DNA of 63,762 bases, the filler included, from an uncultured Gemmatimonadota bacterium (GTDB taxonomy: Bacteria > Blakebacterota > Blakebacteria > Blakebacterales > Blakebacteraceae): NCBI GenBank assembly GCA_964576115.1. It is 5 parts of 5 records of this genome, joined end to end, with 100 filler letters (N's around TTAATTAATTAA, not from the genome) between each part and the next. Parts side by side here need not be neighbours in the genome. Positions count along the whole stretch, not along the records: positions 1 to 14,161 come from CAZNUA010000073.1; positions 14,262 to 28,125 come from CAZNUA010000074.1; 3 more parts are not named here. The stretch is one strand, 5' to 3'. The notes below the pieces were generated by a model that worked only from the letters and a program-made list of their open reading frames with translations, did no database searches and was not told where the DNA came from. The position numbers and the translations under genes were made by a program. Positions 8,695 through 20,255 of the stretch are shown in pieces; within the stretch, counting starts at the first letter, position 1, and each line of letters begins with the position of its first letter.

Positions 8695-11415
8695 CTATTT
8701 CACGCGCAGCACCTCCACCGGATCGGTCGCCGCCGCCCGCCAGGCGGGGATGAGGGAGGCACCGATCGCCACCGCCCCCATGATTACAGCTACGACCGCA
8801 AAGGTGACCGGATCGTTGCCGGAGACTCCGAACAGCATGCTCTGGAGCAGGCGGGTCAGGAAAAAAGCACCCGCCAAGCCCACCACCAGACCGAGAGCGG
8901 TGATGCGCGCACTCGCTGTCACGATCAGGCGCACGAGACGGCTCCGGTCGGCGCCCAGGGCGGTGCGGATACCGATCTCGCGATGTCGCTGACGGACAGT
9001 ATAGAGCATTGAACCATAGATGCCGCCGGCCGCCAGCAGCAGGGCGACCGAAGCGAATGCAAGCAACAGCGCGGAATAGAACCGGGGTGACACGAGCGAT
9101 TCCGAGAGGCGATCAGTGAGAGTGAAGATATTCGACAGCACCATCTCGGGATCGAGGTCCCAGACGACATCGCGCAAGAGAGGCAAGAGGGCTTCAGGAT
9201 CGTTCCGAGTACGTACCACCAGAGCGGCAAATGGCAGCCAGGTGGCGGTGCGCTCCCAGGGCACATAGAGAACCGGTTCATCCCCCTGGTCCAGGCCCCA
9301 GTGGTGAAGTCCCGAAACCACCCCGACGATACGGAGATCCTGAGCGTCCTCACCCTGGTTCAACCCCCGGCACGTCCGGTTGAGGGCATCGCCGTCGGGA
9401 TAGATCATATCGGCAAGGGGTTTCGACAGGACGACCGGGAGAGGATCGGTATCTCTGTTCTCGGGAGTGAAGGCTTCGCCCGTCAACCGGGCCCCCAGAG
9501 CTGTAAAATAGCCGTCGGTCACTGGTTGGGTGAGAATCGACTCGAGTATCTCACGCCCTGCGTCATTCTGTAGGGCACCGCTCCGCCAACCCGATCGGCC
9601 CTCACCAAAACTCTGGAAGGGGATCGTCATCGAGACCGCCGCCTGCTCGACTCCTGGCAGACTCTCGATCCGACTGAGCAGACGGTTGACGAACTCCTGC
9701 CGATGAGCGGAATCGAACCGCTCACTTCCCAGATTCAGCTCGATCCCGGCCAGACGATGAACATCGAACCCCGGTTCCACCGCCGTCAGTCTGATGTAGC
9801 TGTTGAAGAGCAATCCCGCCCCAGCCAGAAGGATCAGGGCCAGGGCGATCTCGGCCACGACCAGAACCGAGCGCAGACGACTGCGCCCGGGCCCTGCCGC
9901 ACCTTGAACTCCTTCACGTAACAGGCCGGCGAGGTCGAGCCGTGCGGTCCGTAGAGCAGGAAGCGCCCCGAAAAGCAATCCGGTGAGTAACGAGAGTCCC
10001 AGCGTGAATATCAATACGGGCAGATCAACCGCAACATGTTCCATGAGTGGGATATCGCCGGGATAGAGAAGGGTGAAGGTCCGCACCCCGACCATTGCCA
10101 AAACACAGCCCAGCAGGCCCCCGGCAACGGCGAAAACCGCACTCTCGGTCAGGAGCTGCAGGACGATCTGGCCCCGACCCGCCCCCATCGCCGCATGTAC
10201 CGCAACATCGTGGAAGCGGGTTGTCCCCCGGGCCAGGAAGAGGTTCGCCACATTGGTGCAACCGATCAGCAGGAGCAAAGTCACCGCGCCCATCAGGATG
10301 ACCAGGGTACCACGCACGTCACCGGTCAGTACCGTCTGAAGGGATTGGACGGTAACCGACAGCAGTTCACCCTCGCTGTTGAGGTGCAGATCCGGGTGAA
10401 TTTCTGCCAACCGGAGGATCACTTCATCGATCTCCCGCTGGGCTGCGATCGGGCTCACCCCGTCGCGTAGGCGTCCGTAGAGCTCCAGCATCCAGATGTC
10501 GGGTGTCTGTACCTCCTCCCAATTCGGATCCATCGCCAGCCAGAGGTCCTGGTCCTGATTCACCAGCTCGTCGGGCGATGTGAATCCGGCCGCGACAATC
10601 CCGACAACCTCGGCGATCTGCCCGTCCAGGAACATGGTGCGCCCCACCACCCCGGGATCGGCCCCGAAGTGACGGACCCAGGCGCTGTAGCTGAGGACAG
10701 CGCGGTGAGGGGCGCCGTGAAAATCATCCTCGACGAAGAGACGGCCGGTCTCGGCGGTGGCGCCGAAGAGTTCCAGAAAGCCGGGCAGGACCAGGGACGC
10801 CCCGAGCTGCAACGTCCGATCGTTTCCGGTCCAGTCGACTTCCCTGTCCCAGCGCCCGGTCAGGATCTCATAGCTCGTCAAATGCTCGAGATAATCCTGG
10901 TAGCGCGGCATCGAAAACGACGGTTCCTGCAGGGTTATGACCTCGGCCGGATCGTCATAAGGGAGTTTTTTCAACAATACTCCATTGACCACGCTGAATA
11001 TCGTCGTGGTCGCCCCGATACCGAGAGCGAGGATCCCGACCGTCACCGCCCAGAAGCCGGGCTCGAACCGGATCGAGCGCAGGGTACGACCGACGGTGCG
11101 GATCATCTCGGCCAGGATGCGGGCCGGACCGCCCCGGTAATCGAGCTGCAGAGTCGTGCTTTCGAACCAGCGTGATGAGGCTGGGAGCCGATTCGGATAC
11201 TCGGCAGCGGTCAGACGGTGCGAGAACTCATCCCAATCAGTGATATGGCCGGCTGCTTGAGCCGCCGCCGCCTCTGCACTGAGCCCTCGTTCGAGGGCTT
11301 CACGCTCGACATCCGCGAGCTGAACCGCTACCTCCTCAATCAATCTCTCCCGGCGCAGACCTTTGAGTTCGGGTACCTGAAATCGTTCTCGCACGAATTC
11401 TTTCCAGTCAGGCAT
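8695..11415 (-). CDS. ADOP-type ABC transporter permease
   Basis: 906 aa. MPDWKEFVR prefix, LGIGATTTIFSVVNGVLL, LLLIGCTNVANLFLARG, REIGIRTALGA. Confidence 0.93.
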   Translation of the reverse strand: MPDWKEFVRERFQVPELKGLRRERLIEEVAVQLADVEREALERGLSAEAAAAQAAGHITDWDEFSHRLTAAEYPNRLPASSRWFESTTLQLDYRGGPARILAEMIRTVGRTLRSIRFEPGFWAVTVGILALGIGATTTIFSVVNGVLLKKLPYDDPAEVITLQEPSFSMPRYQDYLEHLTSYEILTGRWDREVDWTGNDRTLQLGASLVLPGFLELFGATAETGRLFVEDDFHGAPHRAVLSYSAWVRHFGADPGVVGRTMFLDGQIAEVVGIVAAGFTSPDELVNQDQDLWLAMDPNWEEVQTPDIWMLELYGRLRDGVSPIAAQREIDEVILRLAEIHPDLHLNSEGELLSVTVQSLQTVLTGDVRGTLVILMGAVTLLLLIGCTNVANLFLARGTTRFHDVAVHAAMGAGRGQIVLQLLTESAVFAVAGGLLGCVLAMVGVRTFTLLYPGDIPLMEHVAVDLPVLIFTLGLSLLTGLLFGALPALRTARLDLAGLLREGVQGAAGPGRSRLRSVLVVAEIALALILLAGAGLLFNSYIRLTAVEPGFDVHRLAGIELNLGSERFDSAHRQEFVNRLLSRIESLPGVEQAAVSMTIPFQSFGEGRSGWRSGALQNDAGREILESILTQPVTDGYFTALGARLTGEAFTPENRDTDPLPVVLSKPLADMIYPDGDALNRTCRGLNQGEDAQDLRIVGVVSGLHHWGLDQGDEPVLYVPWERTATWLPFAALVVRTRNDPEALLPLLRDVVWDLDPEMVLSNIFTLTDRLSESLVSPRFYSALLLAFASVALLLAAGGIYGSMLYTVRQRHREIGIRTALGADRSRLVRLIVTASARITALGLVVGLAGAFFLTRLLQSMLFGVSGNDPVTFAVVAVIMGAVAIGASLIPAWRAAATDPVEVLRVK

Positions 11416-11740
11416 GATCGACTCCGATCACCAGATTCACAGCTTCCGTGTATGCTTCCCAGTTTCTCAACTGTTCGGCCAGAACCGTCTCGCCTTTGGC
11501 GGTGAGGTGGTAAAAACAGCGCCGGCGCTCACCCGATTTCTCAACCCACTGACCCCGGATCCAGCCGCGGTTCTCCAGCCGGCAGAGGATCGGGTAGAGG
11601 GATGAGATGTTGAACTGGATCTGTCCTCCCGAACGCAGCTCGATGAGTTTGCCGATCTGATAACCGTGGTTGGGCTTCTCGGATAGAAGTGTCAGCACCA
11701 TCAGCTCGACACTTCCCTTCTTGAGTTCCGGAGAGAACAC
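11408..11740 (-). CDS. PadR-family transcriptional regulator (ADOP-associated)
   Basis: ELKKGSVELMVL, HGYQI, SLYPILCRLENRGWI, RRRCFYHLT. Overlaps the ADOP start. Start moved to GTG 11740 after a purine-rich SD. Confidence 0.92.
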   Translation of the reverse strand: MFSPELKKGSVELMVLTLLSEKPNHGYQIGKLIELRSGGQIQFNISSLYPILCRLENRGWIRGQWVEKSGERRRCFYHLTAKGETVLAEQLRNWEAYTEAVNLVIGVDHA

Positions 11741-11762
11741 TGACCACCCCCTTATTTGCCGT

Positions 11763-11776
11763 GAACACATATGTTC
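11763..11776. promoter_or_regulatory. Palindrome GAACA-CATA-TGTTC, candidate PadR operator
   Basis: Inverted repeat in the AT-rich patch directly upstream of padR. Confidence 0.45.
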
Positions 11777-11899
11777 TTCATTAATAACGATCCCGACGAG
11801 GAGATAGTTGTGTCGTTTTCACTATCCGCCAAGAAATCGCCGTCAGTAGACGGAGAAGGTCAACCCCGTCATCCGGCAGGTGCGGCTACTCGAATGCCA

Positions 11900-12580
11900 G
11901 GGCAGGTGGAGAATGGGCCAGCCGACGATATTCCGCTGCGGGTGTCAGTTGGTATCCATGCCGACGGGCACGAGAACCTCGGATTCGGAGTCGATATAGA
12001 GCGGGGTGTGATCGAAGGAAGCTCCGGCCACCCTGACGATCCGGTAGTCGGTACCCTCCAGGGCGATGGTCTGTCCTACAGCCTTGGGATCACCGCCGAA
12101 GCGACTCTGTCAGAAGGCATCGGAGAGCACCTCCGTGCGTTCGGCTTCGGGGTTATCTTCTTCTGCGGTAAAGAAACGCCCTGTCGCAGGAACCTCCCGC
12201 AGCAGGGTGAAGAAACTCGACGAGCAGATCACAACTGCGACCTTTGTGGGCAGGTCTCCCTCGGGTAGCCTGGTCAGGTCATTACTGTGATACAGCGCGA
12301 TATCTTCGAAAACGGTGCTCTGCTACCGTCAATCCCGCCAGTTGGGAAAGGTGACGGTCGAGCGGTTGAAGGGGGTATCGACCGGCATATCCCACAAGCC
12401 CACGAGGGCGTCGACTTCCGAATAGGGGAACGGGCGCATGATCACCCCTTACACGACGCTGAACATAGTGGTGTTGGCGCAGATCCCCAGGGCCAGGATG
12501 AGCATGGCCGCTACAGTGAAGCCCGGCGTGCGCAGATAGTACCTGAGGGCGTATCTGAGATCGTGTAGCAGGGTATCGAT
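11900..12580 (-). pseudogene. Decayed N-terminal fragment of an ADOP permease
   Basis: One frame reads [22 protein letters not shown]...FSVV*GVIMRPFPY...FPNWRD*R*QSTVFEDIA...GRFFTAEED...VLSDAF*QSRFGGDPKAVGQTI. At least five in-frame stops. ATC sits where ATG is expected after AGGAGG. The 3' limit is approximate. Confidence 0.88.
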
Positions 12581-12644
12581 AGGGCCGTCCTCCTGACGAG
12601 CGGAGATGGTGGCACAGTCATTCGTCAGCTGCCAGGTGAAACAC

Positions 12645-12659
12645 GCAAACACTGTGCCA
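12645..12659 (-). promoter_or_regulatory. sigma54 (-24/-12) promoter
   Basis: Minus strand TGGCACAGTGTTTGC has the correct GG-N10-GC spacing, about 65 bp upstream of the pseudogene start. Confidence 0.7.
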
Positions 12660-12909
12660 TCAGATGAGAAAGCTTGAAATATCAGACTTTTCAGCCCAAT
12701 GTAATCAGCCAGCATCACCGCCTGGTGCTCCTGTGAAATACAGCAGTATCCGGTTTCGGGACAACGATATCTAAAAGGTGAAGCCCGGCGCTGGCGGAAC
12801 ACCGGGCTTCGATTTCGGACCGGCGGTCTGGCCGGCCCCGGGCGAAGGCGTTTCGAAACTTCGCCCTTCTGTCTGGTGGACGGGGATGGGGAGTAGCGTG
12901 TTGACGCTT

Positions 12910-12939
12910 TCCTTCCCAAATATCTCCTTCCCAAATATC
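12910..12939 (+). repeat. Perfect 15-bp tandem duplication (TCCTTCCCAAATATC x2)
   Basis: Read directly at 12910-12924 and 12925-12939. Confidence 0.95.
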
Positions 12940-12940
12940 G

Positions 12941-12976
12941 AAAAAAACCGCCGCGAACCGCTGCGGTCCGCGGCGG
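12941..12976 (-). terminator. Rho-independent terminator of the vWA gene
   Basis: Hairpin CCGCCGCG..ACCG-CTG-CGGT..CGCGGCGG followed by a 7-U tract on the minus strand. Confidence 0.8.
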
Positions 12977-13010
12977 ATGTGCCGTCCGCCTGGTTCAGTA
13001 GACCAGCCGG

Positions 13011-14159
13011 TTATTCAGGCAGAACGATCAGGTACCCCTGCCCGTCAAGTTCGACCTCGATCTGCTCGCCGATGGCGGCGTAGCGGGCCAGTTCGGCGTG
13101 ACGTTCGAGCAGGGTCAGAAAGGCCCAGCTGCCGACCTCCACTTCCTCGAGCCGCTGTTCGGGCCGCAGGGCCTGATCCCGCCAGGCTCCCGTTTCCTGC
13201 AGCTCGAAGGTCTTTTCCACCACCCGCTGAACCCGCAGGTAGGAGGCCTGCTTGTGGATGGTTGCGTTCTGCAGGGTCTGCTCGGCCACGCTGAGCTGGA
13301 TGTCCCCCGCCCCGGTCTGATCGCGGGCACCGGCCCGTCCCGAGTACACCGAACGGTCGGGAGCCGAGCGGGCCGCCACCGCTTCGCGGGCCATCCGCAT
13401 GGCGGCCTGGGCTTCGGCGGCCGGCACGGCCATGCCTTCCAACTCCTCGGCGAAGCGCATCATGTTCTCTTCGATCACCAGATAGGAGGTGTAGGGAGTC
13501 ACGATCCCGTAGCGCTCGCCCAGTTCAACGATCTCCTCGCGGAGTTCGGTGCTCTCGCGGTGCAGGCGAATCTGTTCGAGCAGGAAGCCGACCTTGCGCT
13601 GGGCCCACATCGGGGCCAGGAAGGAAGCGGCCCGTTCCCGCTCGGGCAGCGAGACCCGGCGCCGCACAGACTCTTCGCGCCCGCCCGCCCGGCCGGTCAG
13701 CCGTACTTCGGCCGGACCCCGGCCGCGGAAGCGTCCCAGGACGGTGATCTCCGAACCGGCGAAGAGATCGGGCAGTTCGGCCGGATAGAGTTCGAAGTCC
13801 CCGGCCCCGGGGAAAGAGATTTCCAGGTCGGTCAGCAGGGGCGTGCTGACCCCGCTGAAGAAGGCGCTGACTTTTTCTTCCAGATGCTCGTGCGGTTCCA
13901 CGTAGGCGCTCTGCCCCCCGTGCTCGGCGGCCAGACGATCGAGCAGGAAGGCGTTCACATCGTACCCGACCCCCCAGGTGAAGAGGCGGACTTCACGGGG
14001 TAGATCCCCGGCGGCCAGCTCGAGCAGGGCGTCGGGATCGTCCTCGCCCACCGTCGGCAGGCCATCGGTCAGAAAGATGACATAGGCCGGGTTCGACGAA
14101 CCCCGGCCGGCCGGACCGCGGCGGTTGTCGTTGTCCTCCAGGGCCTGGTGGGCCAGCCG
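13011..14159 (-). CDS. VIT/vWA domain protein (inter-alpha-trypsin inhibitor-like), C-terminal part; 5' end lost at the contig end
   Basis: VIFLTDGLPTVG, LFTWGVGYDVN..LL..LA, LPDLFAG, IVTPYTSYLV. Frame is open to the contig edge. Confidence 0.88.
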   Translation of the reverse strand, partial: RLAHQALEDNDNRRGPAGRGSSNPAYVIFLTDGLPTVGEDDPDALLELAAGDLPREVRLFTWGVGYDVNAFLLDRLAAEHGGQSAYVEPHEHLEEKVSAFFSGVSTPLLTDLEISFPGAGDFELYPAELPDLFAGSEITVLGRFRGRGPAEVRLTGRAGGREESVRRRVSLPERERAASFLAPMWAQRKVGFLLEQIRLHRESTELREEIVELGERYGIVTPYTSYLVIEENMMRFAEELEGMAVPAAEAQAAMRMAREAVAARSAPDRSVYSGRAGARDQTGAGDIQLSVAEQTLQNATIHKQASYLRVQRVVEKTFELQETGAWRDQALRPEQRLEEVEVGSWAFLTLLERHAELARYAAIGEQIEVELDGQGYLIVLPE

Positions 14160-14161
14160 CG

Positions 14162-14261
14162 NNNNNNNNNNNNNNNNNNNNNNNNNNNNNNNNNNNNNNN
14201 NNNNNTTAATTAATTAANNNNNNNNNNNNNNNNNNNNNNNNNNNNNNNNNNNNNNNNNNNN
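14162..14261. other. Artificial contig linker (N-TTAATTAATTAA-N)
   Basis: Six-frame stop linker embedded in Ns. Confidence 0.98.
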
Positions 14262-14262
14262 A

Positions 14263-17200
14263 TCAGAACAACGTGCGATAGTGCGGCGGCTTCTGTCCCG
14301 AGGCGGGGAGCAGGTCGAGCATGTGCACTTCCGAAGCCACATACGGGGGACTGCCCCAGATCTTCAGGGTACTCAGGGGGGGCTCATCGGTACCGCAGGT
14401 GATGAGACGGGGACCCATGATCAGGCAATCGTACGCTTCCCGGACATAGCGGCCGATGACCTCGAACTGGGGCGGGGACGGCCGCAGGTCGAGCACCGCC
14501 ACCACCGGACTGAAATCGGAGGCGTGACCGCTGCCCAGCGTCAGGAAAAGCCGGTTGTCGGCATAGGCGCGAATCCGGTTCACCTGCCCGGGGTGATCGG
14601 TGCCGATCAGGCGGTACTCTCCCGAAGCGGGATCGAGCAGCACGATCCGGGCCGTCCGCGAGGAGTTCCCCTCGCCGCTGTGCAGTCCGGCGGCAACCGT
14701 CCCGTCGGGCAGGATGTCGAGGACGCGGATCGGATCGGGCAGAGCGCCGAGAGTGATCATTTCTTCACCGTCCGCCCGCCAGATCTGCAGTCGCCCCAGC
14801 TGATCGCCGGCATAGAGATTGCCGCGCCGGTCGATACCCACGGCGGTGATGACCGCACTGTGGGTCTGTACCGTGCGCACCGAACCAGCCGCCGAATTCC
14901 ACCGGCGTAGCGAACCGTCCCGATGCCCCGTCATCATGATCCCGCCAGCGGCGGCGATCGCGGTGACAAAGGGCAGTCGCCGGTCGCACGCGCCGGCCGT
15001 GCCGTCACGCATTGAAACACGGTGCAGAGCGCCTTCGCTGTCCCGGGCGACTATGTCGTCGCCGAGGACCACCAGATCGGTCGGATCGGAACGCTCCAGA
15101 CGGGTGTAGAGGCAGTGATCGTTGCTGCCCGAGAGAATGCCGACCGTTCCGTCGGTACCGCAGAAAGCGATCTGACCGGGTGCGAAGTAGGCCAGCCGCC
15201 GGGGCGAGAGATCGTCAAGGGTGATCTGCTGCAGCAGGCAGGGTGCAGCGGTCAGATCCCCGTTCAGCTTCCGGGCAAAGGACATCTCCCGGGGCTGGAA
15301 CTCGGCGGCTGTTTCCCATTCGATCGCCCCCTCCCCGGACCTGACCCCGGCCGCAGAAATCGGGCAGACTCCCTGCTGGATGATGATCGGATCCGAGCGG
15401 CCCGTGAACTCACCCACCTTGATCCGGCTCTCCCAGCCGGTGACCTTGCGCCGGCCGAAGACCTCGATGATCTCATCGGCACTGAGCCGGGCCGGGATGG
15501 AATTGTCGAGGTTGTAGACCAGGACCTTTCCCTCGCGGTGATAGGCGATGTTCGCCGAGGGACTCTCCACGCAGTCCAGACAGCTCTGCACCCGGTCGAG
15601 CTGTTTTTCGCGTTCCTCGAGGTTCAACCGGCGGGTGCTGACATCGGTCCGGAAATGCACGATCAGATCGAGGCAGCCGGCCTCGTAGAAACGCTGGATG
15701 ACCTGCTCGAAGTAAGCTTCGTCCCGCCAGCCGTCGAGGATCATCAGGCGCTTGCTCTCGTGCCGCTGTACGAACTCGTCCAGAAAGTCGGCCGGATCTT
15801 CACCCTCGGCACCGGGGGGATACTCCTCGTAGTAGCGCGGATCGACATGTGTCCTGAGCCAGTCCAGGCCGAGAATGCGGTTGAAGATCTGCATGTGGGT
15901 CGGCCGATCGCGCTGCAGGTAGAGGATCTCTTCGGCCCCGACCTCGGCGAAGCCCTGTCGCAGACAGTCGCAGAAGTAGGTCTTGCCGGTTCCCGAGTCA
16001 CCGGTCACGGCCATGACGACGGTGCGCCCCCGCTCCACCAGATGCAGGATCGTCTCCGATATCTCGTAGATACCGTTACGGGCCGGATGGAGCGAGAGAA
16101 TGGGAATGGTCTCGGCCTTGTGCAGGTAGAGCGTGTGGACGAAATCGGGCAGACCGAGAGCCCGAAGCCCGGTAGCGGCCTGTTCGAAGACCCGGATATC
16201 GGTATCGAGCAGAAGCTGCATCAGGGCAATGACGAGCGCGGCGTCGATACCCCCGTCCCGGGCTTTCTGGCGGGTGCCGATCTGTCCCAGTGCCCAGGCC
16301 AGGGCCGCCCGGGTGACACTGCGAGAAGCGTCGACATATCGGGTCAGCGCGGGGATCGCTTCGACGGCGGGTTCGGTCTGTTTCCCGATGGCCCAGATCG
16401 CCTCCTGCTTCTCGGCGCTGCGCGACTGCCGGAAGGGTGGATCGCCGCTGCGGGGCTGCACCTCGACCGCATCGGGACTCTCCAGGATCGAGACCAGGGC
16501 GGGGAGCACGTCGGCCCGGCGCTGACTGCCCAGAGCGTAGATCAGATTCGCCCGCAGGTTGGTGTGTTTCGGCTCGCAGTTTTCGAGCAGGGTGAGGAGC
16601 GGGCGGAGCGAGCGGCTGTCGCAGATCGAGCCGAGCAGCGAGACGGCGGCATAGGGAGCCCCGGTGGTGATATCGATGGCGGGATCGTCGAGCAGCTGCA
16701 GGCAGGTTCGCAGCAGGACGGCCGGCTCATGGTGAGCGTTGATGAGCGAGGTGTAGTCCTCGGCACTCAAGACGGTGTCCCAGGCGGTTTCCTCTTCCCC
16801 CCCGGCCGTTTCGGTTCCCGCTCCGGCTTGCCTGGTTTCGGTCCCGGGAGTCATCTGTGTCACCGAGACCCGAGCCTGCTCTTCCCCGCAGCACACCCGG
16901 ACGACCTGCCCGAAGAACCGGCTGTTGAGGCGCAGGGTTTTCAGAGAACCGACGAGTTCGCGCGGCAGGGTGTCGGGGCCGGTTATCCGCCGCAGCTCAG
17001 CAGCCAGTTCCCGGCTGCGCAGTCGGTATGCCTCTTGCCGCTCGCGAGCCCGGCGATCCCACTGTGCCACCGGCTGGCGGGCGTTGCACAGGTTCACTTC
17101 GTACTCGATCAGATCGCAGAGCAGGTTGAACCGGCCGAGGATCGCGGCCCGGTTCATCCCCTCCCCCGCTTCCCGGTCCCCGTTCCACGCCGGGACCGGG

Positions 17201-17447
17201 GCGGGTTCGGACAGGCCCATGACGGGAGCGAGCATCTGCTCTACCCCCTCGGGATCGGGAGTGTCGTGCAGAGCCGTCCAGAGGGTATGAATGACCTCGT
17301 TCACGATCCGGTCGCGTAGCGTCTCGAGTGTACCCGACCAGTGCCCCTCCCGGGTCAGGATCATCAGGCGGGTGGGATCGTAGCCGCCGAGCAGATGGTG
17401 CAGATCCCGATGAGCGGGAGTAGTGTCGTGCGCTTCGGTGTCCGGAC

Positions 17448-17451
<4 letters not shown>
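14263..17451 (-). CDS. Multidomain protein: HEAT repeats, P-loop (uridine kinase/PRK-like) domain, WD40-like propeller
   Basis: HEAT-like LRANLIYALG, QEAIWAIGK, RAALAWALGQIG. Walker A AVTGDSGTGKT. LMILDGW and LDLIVHFRTD. WD-like MMTGHRDGSLRRW and HSAVITAV...AGDQLGRLQIW. Confidence 0.75.
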
Positions 17452-18257
<806 letters not shown>

Positions 18258-20255
18258 GGTTCTCTCCCTGCCGCGTGGCATCCGCCGGCCCGACCGGCAG
18301 CTGGATGGTTACCGTGGTTCCCTCCCCCGGCTGACTGCGGATCGCGATCGATCCGTCGTGCTGCTGCACGATCCCGTAACTGACCGACAGACCGAGCCCC
18401 GTCCCATTGACTCCCTTGGTGGTGAAGAAGGGATCGAAGACCTTGTCCAGTTCCCCGGCCGCGATACCGCACCCGCTGTCGGTGACCTCGATGACGAGGT
18501 CGGCGCCGTCGTCGGAAAGTCCGCAGGCTATCGCGAGCCGTCCGCCCTCGGGCATGGCATCCAGAGCATTCAGAAACAGATTGGCGAAGACCTGCTCGAG
18601 CTTGTTCGGATCGACCAGAATCCGGGGCAGAGCCTCGCTGAAGTCGGTGCCGATCGTCACTCCCTGAATCAGAGCCTGGCTCTCGAACAGGTGCAGGGTC
18701 TTGGCCAGCAACTGGTTGACATCGATCGGAATCTTCTCCGGTGTCTCCTGACGCGAGAAATCGAGCAGGCCGCGGACGATCCGGCTGCAGCGCTGGCTCT
18801 CGTCGCGGATCAGTTCCAGGTTCTCGGCCAGAGGGCTTTCGGCGTCCAGTCTCTCCGCGATCAGCTCGGTGTTGATGACGATCGAGGTGAGGGGATTGTT
18901 AATTTCATGAGCGATACCCGCCGCCATCTTGCCGATCGAACCGAGCTTCTCGGTCCGGATCAGATGGTCGTGGGCCGCTTTCAGTTCTCGGGTCTTCTCC
19001 TCCACCCGCTCGGCCAGCGAATCCTTCAGGGCCAGGAGGTTTTCCGAATACTGCTGATTCTCGTCCGCCATGCGGTTGAAAGAGGCCGCCAGGTAGCCGA
19101 TCTCGTCGTCCGATTCGACCGCCACCCGCCAGGCCAGATCTCCCCGCGCGATCCGTTCGGTGCCGTGTACCAGCTCGCGGATCGGGGTCGTGATGCTGTC
19201 GGCCATGCGGCGGCCCAGGACCCAGACCAGGATCATGCTGACGATGGCGATGATGCCGTAGAGGATCAGAATGCGGTTCCGCATGGCTGTATAGGGGGCC
19301 TCGAGCATGCCGACGTAGAGCATTCCGATCACCGCACCGCTGCAATCGCGGATCGGTTCGTAGGCGGTCAGGTACCAGGCATTGACCACGAAAGCCCGGT
19401 CAATCCAGGGCACTCCCTGGACCAGGACCTGGTCGCAGACCTCGCGCGAGACGCGGGTGCCGATCGCCCTGGTGCCGTCCCGGTTGCGCACGTTGGTGGC
19501 GATACGGATGTCGCCCTGGAAGATCGTAGCCGTGCCGATATCCACCCCCCGGTAGCGCTCGCCCCGATAGACCACATCCTTCACTTCGTCGACGATATCG
19601 TTGTTCCGGTTCACCAGCATGCCCCCGCAGAGCACTCCCAGCAGCCGGCCCTGCTCGTCGAACACCGGCGCGGCGGCCCGGATCATCATCCCCGACGTTT
19701 CCAGGGTAGTATCCTGGATCGCCGCCCGCGGGGTGGGAATCGGCGCGATGGCTGCCCGCCGGGCGAGTTCGGGAGCTTCACGCTCGAGGAAGGCGGCGGG
19801 AACGATCTGGGAGCAGGCCTCCGGACGGGCGGTGTTGCGAACACGTTCGATGAACGGATCGTCGAAAACATCACCGTACCGCTCCGGATTGCGGGTGCGG
19901 ACCACGACCCGCCCCGACGAGTCGGTGACGGTCAGCACATCGAAGCCTTCCCGGCTCCTGACCTCTTCCATGTCTCCCAGGAGCCGAGCCCGATCTCCTG
20001 CCATCAGCCCTTCCCTGATACAGTAGCGGGCCGCGGTCAGACGGGTGATGGTCAGCAGGTTATCCGAGGCGTGCTGGTAGATCTCCCGGGCGCTGTTCAG
20101 ATCCAGGCGGACCTTGTCGCGGGCCTGCCTGAGGATCGTGCCCCGGAGCATCACGATCCCGATCGCGGCTGAAAACAAGACGCTCAGGCCGATCACGAGG
20201 CTGAAGCCCTGTATCAACCGCGTCCGTACCGATCGTTCGGAAAACAGCTTCACTC

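Noticed and set aside
11950-12451. TGA at Trp positions suggesting stop-codon recoding
   Set aside because: TAA and TAG also interrupt the same frame and TGA ends many intact genes here, so this is pseudogenisation.
14162-14261. TTAATTAATTAA motif recurring four times in the window
   Set aside because: Artificial six-frame-stop contig linker. Genes on either side are not true neighbours.
15022-17319. Long antisense ORFs (also 18199-20172, 21619-23163, 39605-41776, 43177-45561, 47139-49280, 60298-62241)
   Set aside because: They shadow real genes on the opposite strand, as expected from high GC3 bias, and show no recognisable motifs.
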